64,000 nt of DNA from Flavobacteriales bacterium (GTDB lineage: Bacteria > Bacteroidota > Bacteroidia > Flavobacteriales_F > PHOS-HE28): NCBI GenBank assembly GCA_044507815.1, contig JBIQIX010000004.1, positions 195,288-259,287 on the forward strand, read 5' to 3'. Below the pieces are notes generated by a model, which saw only the letters and a program-made list of their open reading frames with translations, was not told the origin of the DNA and ran no database searches. The first letter of the stretch is position 1. Each line of letters starts with the position of its first letter. Below are positions 8,230 to 17,853 of this stretch, piece by piece. The translations under genes were made by a program, and so were the position numbers.

Positions 8230-9891
8230 ATGCTTCGTTTTCCATTGTTGGCCGCGGCCGTTTGCGCCGCATTCCTGCCGCTGCAGGCCCAAGTATCCGT
8301 CGGTGGCCTGCCGTATTCATTGCGCACCGGTGAAGGATCGAGGGAAGTCCCATTGGTATCGGCGCCTGCGTTCGATGCAGCGGAAGCGGCCCTGCGCGAT
8401 GCACAGCGCGACGCTGCGGGTCTCATGCCCGCGTATTCCCGGATCTTGCCCTTGGATGCCGGCCTGGCCACGGGCCAATGGCTCGGGCTGCCCGATGGCG
8501 GCCGCGTTTGGCGGCTGCGTGTGAAAAGCACGGGTGCCCTGGCCACCGAGCTGTATTTCAGCGATTTCAACCTGCCCGCCACCGCCACCATGCATGTGTA
8601 CACCGAGGACGGCCGGCATGTACTGGGCGGATTCACCGCGGCCAACAACATTCCCGATGGCGATTTTGCCACCAGCCTGTTGCCGGGCGACCGGTGCGTG
8701 ATCGAATACCACGAGCCGGCCCCTGTAATTGGCCAAGGCCGGTTCCGGCTCACCGGCATCGGGCATGCCTACCGCCATGTGGGGGAGGTGCTGGCATCAG
8801 GCGCTTGCCAAGTGGACGTTAATTGCAGCGAGGGCAGCGCATGGCAGGAGCAGCGCGATGCGGTAGTAAGGATCGGCGTGGTGATCGGTGGCTGGGGCTA
8901 CTGGTGCAGCGGCGCCCTGGTGAACAACTTGGCACAGGATTGCAAACCATATTTCCTCACCGCCATGCACTGTTCGGTGGATGAGGGCGTGCATTCCACC
9001 ACGGCCAACTTCAACCAATGGAAATTCTATTTCAACTATGAGCGCTCCGGATGCGGCACCGGTGCCACGCCCAGCAACCGTACCGTCACGGGCTGCGTCA
9101 AGCTCGGTTCCAGCAACGACAATGGCGGCGACAATGGTTCTGATTTCCTTTTGGTGGAAGGCAAGACCGCCATTCCCCACAGCTATTCCCCCTACTGGGC
9201 CGGATGGGATGCCAGCGGTGCGGGCAGCGCCAACGGCGTCGGCATTCATCACCCCGATGGCGACCGCAAAAAGATCAGCACGTACAACACCGCGCTCAGC
9301 TCCACCAATTGGAGCATGGTGCCGAACACGCATTGGAAGGTACGGTGGGCTGCCACCGCGAACGGGCACGGCGTGACCGAGGTCGGTTCATCGGGCTCGG
9401 CCCTGTTCAATTCGGCCAAGCGGGTGGTGGGCACGCTGACCGGGGGCAGCACGAGTTGCACCAACCTGAACGGGTTCGATTATTACGGCAAAATGAGCTA
9501 CCACTGGTCAAGCAACCCCGGTACCGCCACCATGTACCTCAAGAATTTCCTGGATCCGGCCAACACCGGTACCAAGGTCATGGACGGCAGCTATGACCCG
9601 TGTGGCCAGTATGCGGGCATTACCGGGCCGGATCGAACGCTGCCGCACCTGGGCGTGTACCCGAACCCGGCGATGGATATGGCCGTGGTGGAGTTGCCTG
9701 AGGGCGTACGCGGCAACGGGCGGGTGGAGTTGCGCGACATGGCCGGCAGGTTGGTGTTGCAGATGCCGCTGCGTGCGGAGGCTGAGGTCCGCTTGCCTGT
9801 AAGCGCCATGGAGAACGGTGCCTATGTGGTCCAAGTGCTGGTGCAGGAGCGGATCATGGCCACGGCCGCGCTCATTGTGGCGGGCCGGTGA
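8230..9891 (+). CDS. Secreted S1-family trypsin-like serine peptidase (lysyl-endopeptidase-like) with a type-A T9SS C-terminal sorting domain
   Basis: There is a signal peptide (MLRFPLLAAAVCAAFLPLQAQ). The catalytic residues sit in TAMHC (His), DFLLVEG (Asp) and GSSGSALF (Ser). The C-terminal ~80 aa has the beta-sandwich pattern of a T9SS C-terminal domain (YPNPA…ELRDMAGRLV…YVVQV). Confidence 0.75.
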   Translation: MLRFPLLAAAVCAAFLPLQAQVSVGGLPYSLRTGEGSREVPLVSAPAFDAAEAALRDAQRDAAGLMPAYSRILPLDAGLATGQWLGLPDGGRVWRLRVKSTGALATELYFSDFNLPATATMHVYTEDGRHVLGGFTAANNIPDGDFATSLLPGDRCVIEYHEPAPVIGQGRFRLTGIGHAYRHVGEVLASGACQVDVNCSEGSAWQEQRDAVVRIGVVIGGWGYWCSGALVNNLAQDCKPYFLTAMHCSVDEGVHSTTANFNQWKFYFNYERSGCGTGATPSNRTVTGCVKLGSSNDNGGDNGSDFLLVEGKTAIPHSYSPYWAGWDASGAGSANGVGIHHPDGDRKKISTYNTALSSTNWSMVPNTHWKVRWAATANGHGVTEVGSSGSALFNSAKRVVGTLTGGSTSCTNLNGFDYYGKMSYHWSSNPGTATMYLKNFLDPANTGTKVMDGSYDPCGQYAGITGPDRTLPHLGVYPNPAMDMAVVELPEGVRGNGRVELRDMAGRLVLQMPLRAEAEVRLPVSAMENGAYVVQVLVQERIMATAALIVAGR

Positions 9892-10306
9892 CCGGGGTGG
9901 GCCTAGGGGGAGTGAAGGGCATCATTTCCGCCCCGATCATGTGCACCTCCAGTTGCCGTTGGCCGTACTTGGCTCGCAGGGTGGCGCGGCTTTCGCGGCC
10001 TTCTTCCGGCGTGGCAAAACGAAGCACGTCCACATCGGCAACGCCCGCGAAGGGGCCGGGCCATTGCATGCCGGCCCATCGCACCAGGTCCACATCGCTG
10101 AACATGCCCGTGGTGCCGAAGAGCGGTGAGATCTGCACCACAGGGCCATTGCGCCAATTGCCCACCACATAGCTGTAGATGGTGTCCTGCGCCCGGGCCG
10201 GCAATGCGGTGAGGAACAGCAGGAGTACGATCGGGTGCAGCCTGTTCAAAAGAAAAGCCCTCCCGAATGCGGGAAGGCTTTTCAATAGGGTGTGCGGCCG
10301 GTTCAT
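9872..10306 (-). CDS. Hypothetical secreted protein
   Basis: Start is assigned to MNRPHTLLKSLPAFGRAFLL (ATG 10306) because that ATG overlaps the Dps stop codon as ATGA; the same frame is open to an earlier ATG at 10333 (MDAGLLQQR), so the N-terminus is uncertain. The signal-peptide-like stretch NRLHPIVLLLFLTALPARAQ does not begin at the chosen Met (22 residues precede it), so the signal-peptide call itself is tentative. No recognisable domain. The 3' end overlaps the convergent protease gene by 20 nt. Confidence 0.4.
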   Translation of the reverse strand: MNRPHTLLKSLPAFGRAFLLNRLHPIVLLLFLTALPARAQDTIYSYVVGNWRNGPVVQISPLFGTTGMFSDVDLVRWAGMQWPGPFAGVADVDVLRFATPEEGRESRATLRAKYGQRQLEVHMIGAEMMPFTPPRPTPVTGPPQ

Positions 10307-10827
10307 CCTTTGTTGAAGGAGCCCAGCATCCAATGGTGCTTTTCAAGTTGCTCAATGAAGCCCTTCACCATGCGTTCGGTACCTGCATCGGACAGCTCCA
10401 GGGCGAGGTCAACGGTCTCGTACATGTGATCAACCAGGGTCACGTAATCCGCCAGCAGGTTTTTCACCATTTGCGTTGAATCGGGCACGCTGGGATCCTC
10501 TTTCAGGCTGCTGTTCTCCAGGTATTCGGCGAAGGTGCTCAGTGGGCGCTCGTGGAATACACGCACCCGCTCGGCGATCAGGTCAATGTTTTCCTGGGCC
10601 TGGGTGTATTGCAGTTCCAATTGCTCGTGGATGTCGAAGAAGTCGCCACCGGTAACGTTCCAGTGGTAGTTGCGCAACTTTTGGTAGTGCACTTGGTAAT
10701 TGGCCAGCAGTTCGTTCAAGGAGTTTGAAAGTTGCTCGCGTTCCTCGGCATTCCACCGGAGCGAGTGCTTGCGGGTTACTTGGTTCTTCGTGTCCGTTTT
10801 CTTGGTTGCCGATTTCTTTGCTGCCAT
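10303..10827 (-). CDS. dps: Dps (DNA starvation/stationary-phase protection protein, ferritin-like)
   Basis: Dps/ferritin-like four-helix-bundle signature: YQVHYQKLRNYHWNVTGGDFFDIHEQLE…DLIAERV. Start at MAAKKSATKK. Confidence 0.8.
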   Translation of the reverse strand: MAAKKSATKKTDTKNQVTRKHSLRWNAEEREQLSNSLNELLANYQVHYQKLRNYHWNVTGGDFFDIHEQLELQYTQAQENIDLIAERVRVFHERPLSTFAEYLENSSLKEDPSVPDSTQMVKNLLADYVTLVDHMYETVDLALELSDAGTERMVKGFIEQLEKHHWMLGSFNKG

Positions 10828-10864
10828 GTTATAATGAAGGTTTGCGGGTAAACATACCGCAACG

Positions 10865-11242
10865 TCAATTGTTCGCGCGCAGGCGCTTGCGGCGGTGCGC
10901 GCCCACGGCCAGCGGCAACATGGCACCGAACGCGATGAGCAGGCCAAGGAATTCCCGGGATTCCTCGATCACCGGCGTGGTGGCCTTCATTTCCCCCGTG
11001 ATGTCGACAAAGCCACTGTTCGCCCATTGCAGCATGGCGGGCGAAGCGGCCAGCATCCACAGGCCGATGATGCCGGCAACGCCCCACATCCACCAGGCCG
11101 GGTAGCGCCCCAATGCGGCCAATGCACAGCTGACGGCCACCAATGAATACCCCGTGATCCAGATCATCGGGTCGGGATCGTTCCATTGTAACGCCGCGAA
11201 CAACAGGAAGACGAGGGTAAGTATGGCGTACAGGATCTTCAT
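10865..11242 (-). CDS. Small multi-pass membrane protein (TMEM220-like)
   Basis: Four predicted transmembrane segments, ending in a basic C-terminus. Confidence 0.5.
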   Translation of the reverse strand: MKILYAILTLVFLLFAALQWNDPDPMIWITGYSLVAVSCALAALGRYPAWWMWGVAGIIGLWMLAASPAMLQWANSGFVDITGEMKATTPVIEESREFLGLLIAFGAMLPLAVGAHRRKRLRANN

Positions 11243-11278
11243 GCAGCTAAGTTCATGTTTTCCGTGGACCGCAGTGCA

Positions 11279-13591
11279 TTAGAATTCAATGCGGTAGCTC
11301 AAATTGGGGATCAACCCCAGTTGGTTCTTCGCCACCACCTTTCCTTGGCGTGCATCCCAATAATGGAAGGCCACGTTCTGTTGGTTGGTAACATTCTGAA
11401 GGTCCAGCGCCCATAGGCCGGTATGCCCCTTACGGTCCTTTTTCAGGTACACCCGCAGGTCCAGGCGGAAATAGGCGGGCAGCTGCTCCCATTCGGACTG
11501 CCCCGCAAAAACCACCTCGCCATTGATGCCGGTGTATGCGGGCAGCGGTGGGTCCCAACCGCCGCCCATGGTGTTCACCCTTCCACTGATGCCCCAGGTG
11601 CGCACGCGGTCCTCCTTTTGCTTCCTGAACTCTTTTCCGCCCAAGAGGTTGCCGATGTAGTTGTTGTTCCAGCGGGTGCCTTCGGTATGGCCGTGCATGG
11701 AGTAAGCGCTGTTGAACAAAGAAAGGTTGGCGCAGTAGAAAAAGCCGGTCGCGAAGCGATGATCGATGCTGGCCTCCACACCCTGGTTCGTGGCGGTGCC
11801 GTTGGCTATGAGGGGAAACGCGAATTGCTCATTCCACAGGTTGACGATGGCCAGGTTGTTGACCGCGGCCCACCAGGCCGCAACGGGCAAAGCGGTGATG
11901 TGCTGATGGTACACTTCCGCATGCAGCACCAAGCGGTCGGCCACGGGGTGGTCATACCCGAGCACGACGTCCAACGAGCGGGACGGGCCGATGGCCTGCT
12001 GCGCGAAGCCATCGCCTCTTGTGGCGAAGGATTGCCATTGCGGCCATTGGGACCTGGTGCCGGCGGCCAATGCGAGCGCGCGTCCTTGGCGCATCCGCCA
12101 AGCAAGTTGCGCACGTGGCTCGGCCAACAATTCCCGCGTGCCGGTGAAATAGGGGAGGCCAAGGCCGGCCCCGATTTCGAGGTGTTCGGTCAGCGTCCAC
12201 CGGCCATGCGCCCACGGACGGAAGGTCCAGGCCGAGGTATCAGGGTCCAGCGGGGTGTAGAGCTGCCGTTCCAGTGCCGTTGCGCCAAGGGCATACCGGA
12301 AGCGTGCGCCCACGGCACCATCCCATTGCACCGCGCCGGAGAGCTTCCGTTCGTTGAGCGCCGCGCGCTCTTGGCCGATCGTCCGGTAATCATCGGCCAA
12401 TTGTTGCTCGTCCCGCACTTGGTCGATCGCTGATGCGCCCAACGCGGCGGAGAAGCTGCCGCGCCGGCCCACGGGCACGCGTATCCTGGCGCCCACCGCG
12501 CCCATACGCGAGCTGTAATCGATGTTCCGGCTGTCCTTGTCCACCTCCCACTGGCTGGTGTCATGCACCGCTTTGAACACGTTGCTGCTGTTGCCACCCA
12601 GGCCGAACAAATGCCATTCGCCGCGCTTGCCCGCCGGTAGCGCCACATGGAAGCTAAGATCTTGGTAGGTGATATGTTCATCGCCGAAATCCACTCCCAA
12701 GCTGCTGAGCAGGCCCACGGTGGAGTAGCGGTAATTGGCCAAGTATGAGGAGCGCCCGCCCTGGGCGATGGGCCCCTCGGTGGCCAGATCAAGGCCGAGC
12801 AGGCCGGCCTGCACAGTCCATTCCTGCTTTTCTTGGTTTCCTTTTCGTAGCCGCATATCCAAAATGCCGCCCAAGGCGTTGTCCCGCTCCATCGGCAGCA
12901 CGCCGGTCAACAGTTGCGAAGGCCCCAGCATTTGTGCGCTGAGCAGGGTCACCCCGCCGCCGCTTAACGTGGGCAGGTCGGTGGCTGTACCGGCGTTGCC
13001 CGTATGGTTCGGGTTCACGATCTCCACGCCTTCGAGCAGCCAAGTGTTCGCGTTGGGCGAATTGCCGCGGATGCTGAGGTGGTTGGCCTCATCGTTGGTG
13101 GTGGCCACCCCGGGGATTGCGCTTACCAACCGGGCCGGGTCGAAGAAGGTGGCGGCCCACCGCAGGCTTTGTTCCACGGTGAAGGGCTGTACCCCAAGGA
13201 GCGACGGTCTTTCGCGGGCCAGGGCACTTATCGTAACGCTGCCCAGGTGCCCCGAGGATAGGTCCAGCTCGATGCGCTGCACATGCTGCTTGCCCGCGCG
13301 CAGCCACAGTTCGGGCACTTCAAGCGTGTCGTGGCCCACGGCCGTGACACGCAGGGCGTAATGCCCCACGGGTATGGCACTAATGCGGAAATGGCCGCTG
13401 CTGTCCGTGGTGGCCGTCAGGTGCGGGTTGCCGGGCAACAAGGCCAGCGATGCGCCGGGCAAGGGCTCCAGCGTTTGGGCGGCAACCACCTGCCCGGTCA
13501 GGGTGGCCATGGGCGGTTGGGCCATGGCCAGTTGGGAGATGAGGCAACCGATGGCCATTGTTGCCGCCACCCTTGCCAAAGAGTTAACCAT
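11279..13591 (-). CDS. TonB-dependent receptor with an N-terminal carboxypeptidase-regulatory-like domain
   Basis: A signal peptide is followed by a CarbopepD_reg-like domain (TLTGQVV…PGASL…TDSSGHFRI), a plug region and a long beta-barrel ending in a terminal aromatic residue (…SYRIEF). Confidence 0.75.
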   Translation of the reverse strand: MVNSLARVAATMAIGCLISQLAMAQPPMATLTGQVVAAQTLEPLPGASLALLPGNPHLTATTDSSGHFRISAIPVGHYALRVTAVGHDTLEVPELWLRAGKQHVQRIELDLSSGHLGSVTISALARERPSLLGVQPFTVEQSLRWAATFFDPARLVSAIPGVATTNDEANHLSIRGNSPNANTWLLEGVEIVNPNHTGNAGTATDLPTLSGGGVTLLSAQMLGPSQLLTGVLPMERDNALGGILDMRLRKGNQEKQEWTVQAGLLGLDLATEGPIAQGGRSSYLANYRYSTVGLLSSLGVDFGDEHITYQDLSFHVALPAGKRGEWHLFGLGGNSSNVFKAVHDTSQWEVDKDSRNIDYSSRMGAVGARIRVPVGRRGSFSAALGASAIDQVRDEQQLADDYRTIGQERAALNERKLSGAVQWDGAVGARFRYALGATALERQLYTPLDPDTSAWTFRPWAHGRWTLTEHLEIGAGLGLPYFTGTRELLAEPRAQLAWRMRQGRALALAAGTRSQWPQWQSFATRGDGFAQQAIGPSRSLDVVLGYDHPVADRLVLHAEVYHQHITALPVAAWWAAVNNLAIVNLWNEQFAFPLIANGTATNQGVEASIDHRFATGFFYCANLSLFNSAYSMHGHTEGTRWNNNYIGNLLGGKEFRKQKEDRVRTWGISGRVNTMGGGWDPPLPAYTGINGEVVFAGQSEWEQLPAYFRLDLRVYLKKDRKGHTGLWALDLQNVTNQQNVAFHYWDARQGKVVAKNQLGLIPNLSYRIEF

Positions 13592-13652
13592 GCCACGATG
13601 TTAAGCATCGCCCGCGATCCATGGTTTCCGCCTGGACCGCAAGCGTTGCCGC

Positions 13653-16130
13653 TCAAGGTGATCCTTTCGCTTGGAACGGCACCTCCACGGTAATGCTGAT
13701 GTTGCGCCCCATGTTCTGGATGCCGCTCCGCCCCGTTGGATTGTCCGGGTAATTATCGAAATACTTCAAGCGGCTGAGGTTGTTTTGGTAAACCCGGTCG
13801 GCCAGGTTGGTGCCCAGCATGGTGAAGGTGAGCACAGTACGGCCCTTGCGGTCCACAATATCTCCGCCGATGCCCGCATCAAAAAGGTGATAGCCCGGCG
13901 TATATGTTTCCGTGCCGTAGGCCGCGAAGAATTTGCCTTGCGCCGCATGTACCTGCAGCCCGGCCTTGATGAAGAGATTGGCCACGGCACCGGCTTTTTT
14001 CTTCCACGTATAGCGCAATTCGCTGTACCCATGCAAGGGCGGGATCATGGGCAGGTACCGGACGCTGTCGGGCACGGTAGTGCCACCGGTACCGAGGTTG
14101 ACGGCCTGCACGTAGGAGATGGAATTGCCAAGATGCAGCCCTGGCAGCAGGTGCAGATCGATGTAGGCTTCGCCTCCGGCAAGCTGCGCCCTGGTCTGCC
14201 TGTACTGGAACACCGGTAGGGTCATGCCACCCGCGGAAAACAAGGAATCGCCGCCATGCATCGCGCCCAACTTTTCATTGTAGCTGTAGTTGTTGATCCG
14301 GTTGGTGAACAGTTCGATGCTGAAGGTGGCCTTGGTGCCGGTCATGTACGCGCCAACGTCGGCCTGGAGGTTCCTTTCCGGCTTCAGCGCGGCATTGCCC
14401 AACTGCATCAGTCCCTCGCCGGCATGCAGGCCGTTGGCGGTAAGCTCGGCCACGCCCGGGGCGCGGAAGCCATGGCCCAGATTGGCCTTCAGCGTAGTGG
14501 TGCTGCTCAGGTGCCAAGCTGCGCCCAAACTGGCCGCCGTGCCGGTGAAACGGGCGTCAAGCGCAGGAAAGACCTCATGTGCGTGGGCATGGCTTTGATC
14601 CACGGCCGCGGGAAATCCCTTGCCAGCATCTTCGACCTCAAACAGTTGCGCAGCGTGAAAATCCCGCGCATCCAACCGAAGGCCGCCCGATACATCCAGT
14701 GCGCCCCAGGTTTTCTTGGCGTGCAGGAACAGCCCGGCATCCAACAAATGATAACTGGGGATCAGGAATTCGGTGCCTTTCGTTGCCGTGTTGTTCTGGT
14801 ACATGCCGTTCAGCCCCCAGGTTGTTTCCCACCCCCCGCGATCGGGCAGGTTGTGCTTTATTCCATAGGTATAGGTATCGAGCACCAGGTACAACGCCGG
14901 GATGGAGCGGTGTTCCGGATAGTCGAATTCACGGCGCTCGCTTCTTTGGAGGCCGAGGTCCACGTTCAGCATTCCGTCGCCTGCCTTCACTCCGGCACTG
15001 GCCAAGGCATGGTAGCGTTGTATACGCTGGTGGGGTGTGCCGATGCGGTAGGAATTCAGGTCCGTGGCATCGGCTACCTCCCACTCCGCGCCTTCATCAT
15101 CCAATGGCTTCATGAATTTGCGCGAGGTGCTGTCGCGCATGCCGTCGGGCACTTCGAGCTGCTTATGGTGCGCGCCCATGCGCAACCTCGCGAAGCCCCA
15201 CGAGCCGTTCATGCCCAAGTAGGCGTTCATGTCCTGCTGCGCGTATTTGGTGCCAAGCACGCGTCCGTCCATGGCATTGCGGTAATTGGCGGCAACCTGG
15301 CCCGAAGCGCGCAGGCCGTACACCAGGTTATCCTTGTTGGCATCGAAGTGGGCCGATGAGGCCATTGCCTTGTTGTTGGTGTTGTAGGCAACCAGCGCAT
15401 GGCCGCGTTGCATGCCGGCTGGCACCGGGGGCGGTGGAAGCAGGTTCACCACACCGGCCAGGGCATCGGAACCATAGGAAAGACTGGCCGGGCCCTTGAT
15501 CACTTCCACGCGGTCGATCAGGAAGGGGTCGATCTCCACGCCATGCTCGGCTCCCCATTGCTGGTCCTCCAGCCGCACCCCGTCGAACAGGGTGAGCACA
15601 CGCGTTCCGCCAAGCCCCCTGATGTACGGCTTGGAGACACCGGGCCCTGAGCTGACCTCGCTTATCCCGGGCACTTTGGCCAAGGCCGAAACAATGTTCA
15701 GTGCAGCATTGGAGCGCAGAAAATCACGGTCCACAAGGGCCATTGGCACAGGCTGGCGGTGCTGCTCGGTTGCCCGTGCCGCTCCGGTCACCACAACTTC
15801 ATGCATTTCAAGCACCGTGGGTGTTAGCACGAAATCCCTGATCGGGGTGGAACCCAGGTCCACTGTTTCCACCAACGTCGTGTAACCTGTCATGCTTACG
15901 CGCACCAAGGCCTTGATGGTGGGCAGGTTGCCAAGGAGGAAGGTGCCGTCGTCCTTGGTTATCGTGCCGGTGTGCAATTCAGGGAAATACACGTGCGCTC
16001 CGGGAATGGGCAGCAGGGTGCCGTGCTCGCGCACGGTGCCCGAGAAAGTGGTGTGGGCGTTGGTATCCGCGGATATCGCCCATGTGGCCTGAAGGAATGT
16101 GAACAGTGTGATCAAACAGCGCTGTGGCAT
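13653..16130 (-). CDS. TonB-dependent receptor (plug plus beta-barrel) with an N-terminal carboxypeptidase-regulatory-like domain
   Basis: A CarbopepD_reg-like domain (FSGTVREHGTLLPIPGAHVYF) is followed by plug motifs (IRGLGGTRVLTLFDGVRLEDQQWGAEHG, DRVEVIKGPASLSYGSDALAGVVNL). Confidence 0.75.
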   Translation of the reverse strand: MPQRCLITLFTFLQATWAISADTNAHTTFSGTVREHGTLLPIPGAHVYFPELHTGTITKDDGTFLLGNLPTIKALVRVSMTGYTTLVETVDLGSTPIRDFVLTPTVLEMHEVVVTGAARATEQHRQPVPMALVDRDFLRSNAALNIVSALAKVPGISEVSSGPGVSKPYIRGLGGTRVLTLFDGVRLEDQQWGAEHGVEIDPFLIDRVEVIKGPASLSYGSDALAGVVNLLPPPPVPAGMQRGHALVAYNTNNKAMASSAHFDANKDNLVYGLRASGQVAANYRNAMDGRVLGTKYAQQDMNAYLGMNGSWGFARLRMGAHHKQLEVPDGMRDSTSRKFMKPLDDEGAEWEVADATDLNSYRIGTPHQRIQRYHALASAGVKAGDGMLNVDLGLQRSERREFDYPEHRSIPALYLVLDTYTYGIKHNLPDRGGWETTWGLNGMYQNNTATKGTEFLIPSYHLLDAGLFLHAKKTWGALDVSGGLRLDARDFHAAQLFEVEDAGKGFPAAVDQSHAHAHEVFPALDARFTGTAASLGAAWHLSSTTTLKANLGHGFRAPGVAELTANGLHAGEGLMQLGNAALKPERNLQADVGAYMTGTKATFSIELFTNRINNYSYNEKLGAMHGGDSLFSAGGMTLPVFQYRQTRAQLAGGEAYIDLHLLPGLHLGNSISYVQAVNLGTGGTTVPDSVRYLPMIPPLHGYSELRYTWKKKAGAVANLFIKAGLQVHAAQGKFFAAYGTETYTPGYHLFDAGIGGDIVDRKGRTVLTFTMLGTNLADRVYQNNLSRLKYFDNYPDNPTGRSGIQNMGRNISITVEVPFQAKGSP

Positions 16131-16226
16131 TGTACATGCTATGGCCGGCAGCGGGCGCATGCCCGTGCTGCACGGCGTGGTAAACCTTGGTTGACGAAGA
16201 ATGGCCAGCGATCGCGGCCGGGGAAT

Positions 16227-16532
16227 TCAAATCGTCGGAGGGCCGCGCAGCTTCGGGGCTTCCTGCTTCAAGACACGTACATGGGCCGTGGTGGGCACAG
16301 CTTGATCAACCCTGGCCAAGGTCTCCGGAAGCGGGGCCATGGCGAGTGGCAGATCAAGAGTGGGCACCGGCGCCTCACAGATCGGGCAGTGGAAATCCGA
16401 ATGCAGGGCCGGGGTGGCCACATGGCGGCCCAAATGCGACCGCCCCTCCATGCAATGGTGGAACAGCGTGCGCGGCAATGCCATGGAAAGCAGCACCGCG
16501 AGCATGAACCATGCAGAAAGGGAGCGTTTCAT
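16227..16532 (-). CDS. Small secreted Cys/His-motif protein (putative metal-binding), function unknown
   Basis: A signal peptide (MKRSLSAWFMLAVLLSMALP) is followed by HHCMEGRSHLGRH…HSDFHCPICE. It lies between the flippase gene and the first TonB-receptor gene on the same strand. No family assignment. Confidence 0.3.
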   Translation of the reverse strand: MKRSLSAWFMLAVLLSMALPRTLFHHCMEGRSHLGRHVATPALHSDFHCPICEAPVPTLDLPLAMAPLPETLARVDQAVPTTAHVRVLKQEAPKLRGPPTI

Positions 16533-16599
16533 CGGAAAGGGGAAGGCGATCCCCGCCTTGGGCAAAGATCGTTGTTTCCGGCCTGCTGTTGGTGCAGCA

Positions 16600-17853
16600 T
16601 CAGCGCGGGCGTGCCAGCAAGCGGCCCAAGCGCTGCACATCCGCGCTGCTCGGCCATAGCTCTGTGAAGCGGGTGCGTGTAATGCGCATGAACATCACGG
16701 TCTGGTACAAGGCGCTGGCCCCATAGGCCAGGCTGGCGCAAAGCGCTGCGCCCACCAGGCCGAACCGGGGCACCAGCAGCACGCCTGCGACGATGGTAAC
16801 GACCATGCCCAGGCCCGAACCGGCCACATTGTGCACATTACGCGCCGTGCCACTGAAAAAGTGGCTCCATGCCTGCGTGGCGGACATGCTGAGGATGCCG
16901 GGTGCCAACAGCGCGATCAACGGGGTGATGCCCACCACTTCGGGCCCGAACAACCATTGGAACAGGGTGGAGGGCAGCACCAGCAATGCCAGCACGATCG
17001 CGCTGGCGCTCGCCATGGATGTTTTCAGGAAGGTGAGGGTGAGCAGGCGTTGTTCCTCGGCCTGTGCCGTATTGCTGATCTTGCTGTAGAGTACCAGCGC
17101 CAGGCTTTTCGGCACCAGCCAGGCCCCCTCAGCCAGCTGGTTGGCCACGGTGTACACGCCCAACTGGGCCGTGCCCTTGAACTTTTCGATCAGCCAATAG
17201 GCAAGGCGGTAGTTGATCAATTGCATGCCGTTGGCCATTTGTATATAGCTGCCTTGGCGGAACAACAGCTTCAGCACATTCACGCCGGGGTCGTCCTGCA
17301 CGGCCACGCGCTTGCGTATGGAAAGCGCTCCCAGAAGCAGCGAGCTCAGGGCGGATGCATAGGCCCCGGCCACGTATGCCATGGCGCTCGCACCCGGTTG
17401 GAACGCCAGCCAAGTGAATACGCCCACGAGCATGACCGCCTGCACCACCGCGATCACGTTGTTCGTCCTGATCCGTTGCTGCCCTACGAGAATGTTGAGG
17501 TGCACGGCGTTAATGCCTTGCAAAAAGGCCAACACGGCAACGTGCAACGCATAGCCCTGGGGCACTAAGTTGAACAGGAATACCACCAGGTATCCGGCCA
17601 CCCCGGTGATCAAGGCCCATAGGTAACTGGGCCTGAGCAACCGGCCGAGCGCTACGCGCGGTGCGAGGTACACCAAGGCGCTACCGGCCACCAGGTCCAT
17701 GCCCAGGCGCACCAGACTGATGCCTAACACCACCAGGCCGATCACGCCCAGTCCCTCGGCCCCAAGGCGGTGCCCGCCCACCACGGCCACCAACAAGCCC
17801 ATCGCTGTTATGATGATGCGCGCCAGGATGGTGCCGGAGATCACTTTCAGCAT
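16600..17853 (-). CDS. Polysaccharide biosynthesis protein / Wzx-like oligosaccharide flippase (MOP superfamily)
   Basis: About 12 predicted transmembrane segments, the typical length (417 aa) and an N-terminal MLKVISGTILARIIITAMGLL motif region. Confidence 0.7.
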   Translation of the reverse strand: MLKVISGTILARIIITAMGLLVAVVGGHRLGAEGLGVIGLVVLGISLVRLGMDLVAGSALVYLAPRVALGRLLRPSYLWALITGVAGYLVVFLFNLVPQGYALHVAVLAFLQGINAVHLNILVGQQRIRTNNVIAVVQAVMLVGVFTWLAFQPGASAMAYVAGAYASALSSLLLGALSIRKRVAVQDDPGVNVLKLLFRQGSYIQMANGMQLINYRLAYWLIEKFKGTAQLGVYTVANQLAEGAWLVPKSLALVLYSKISNTAQAEEQRLLTLTFLKTSMASASAIVLALLVLPSTLFQWLFGPEVVGITPLIALLAPGILSMSATQAWSHFFSGTARNVHNVAGSGLGMVVTIVAGVLLVPRFGLVGAALCASLAYGASALYQTVMFMRITRTRFTELWPSSADVQRLGRLLARPR

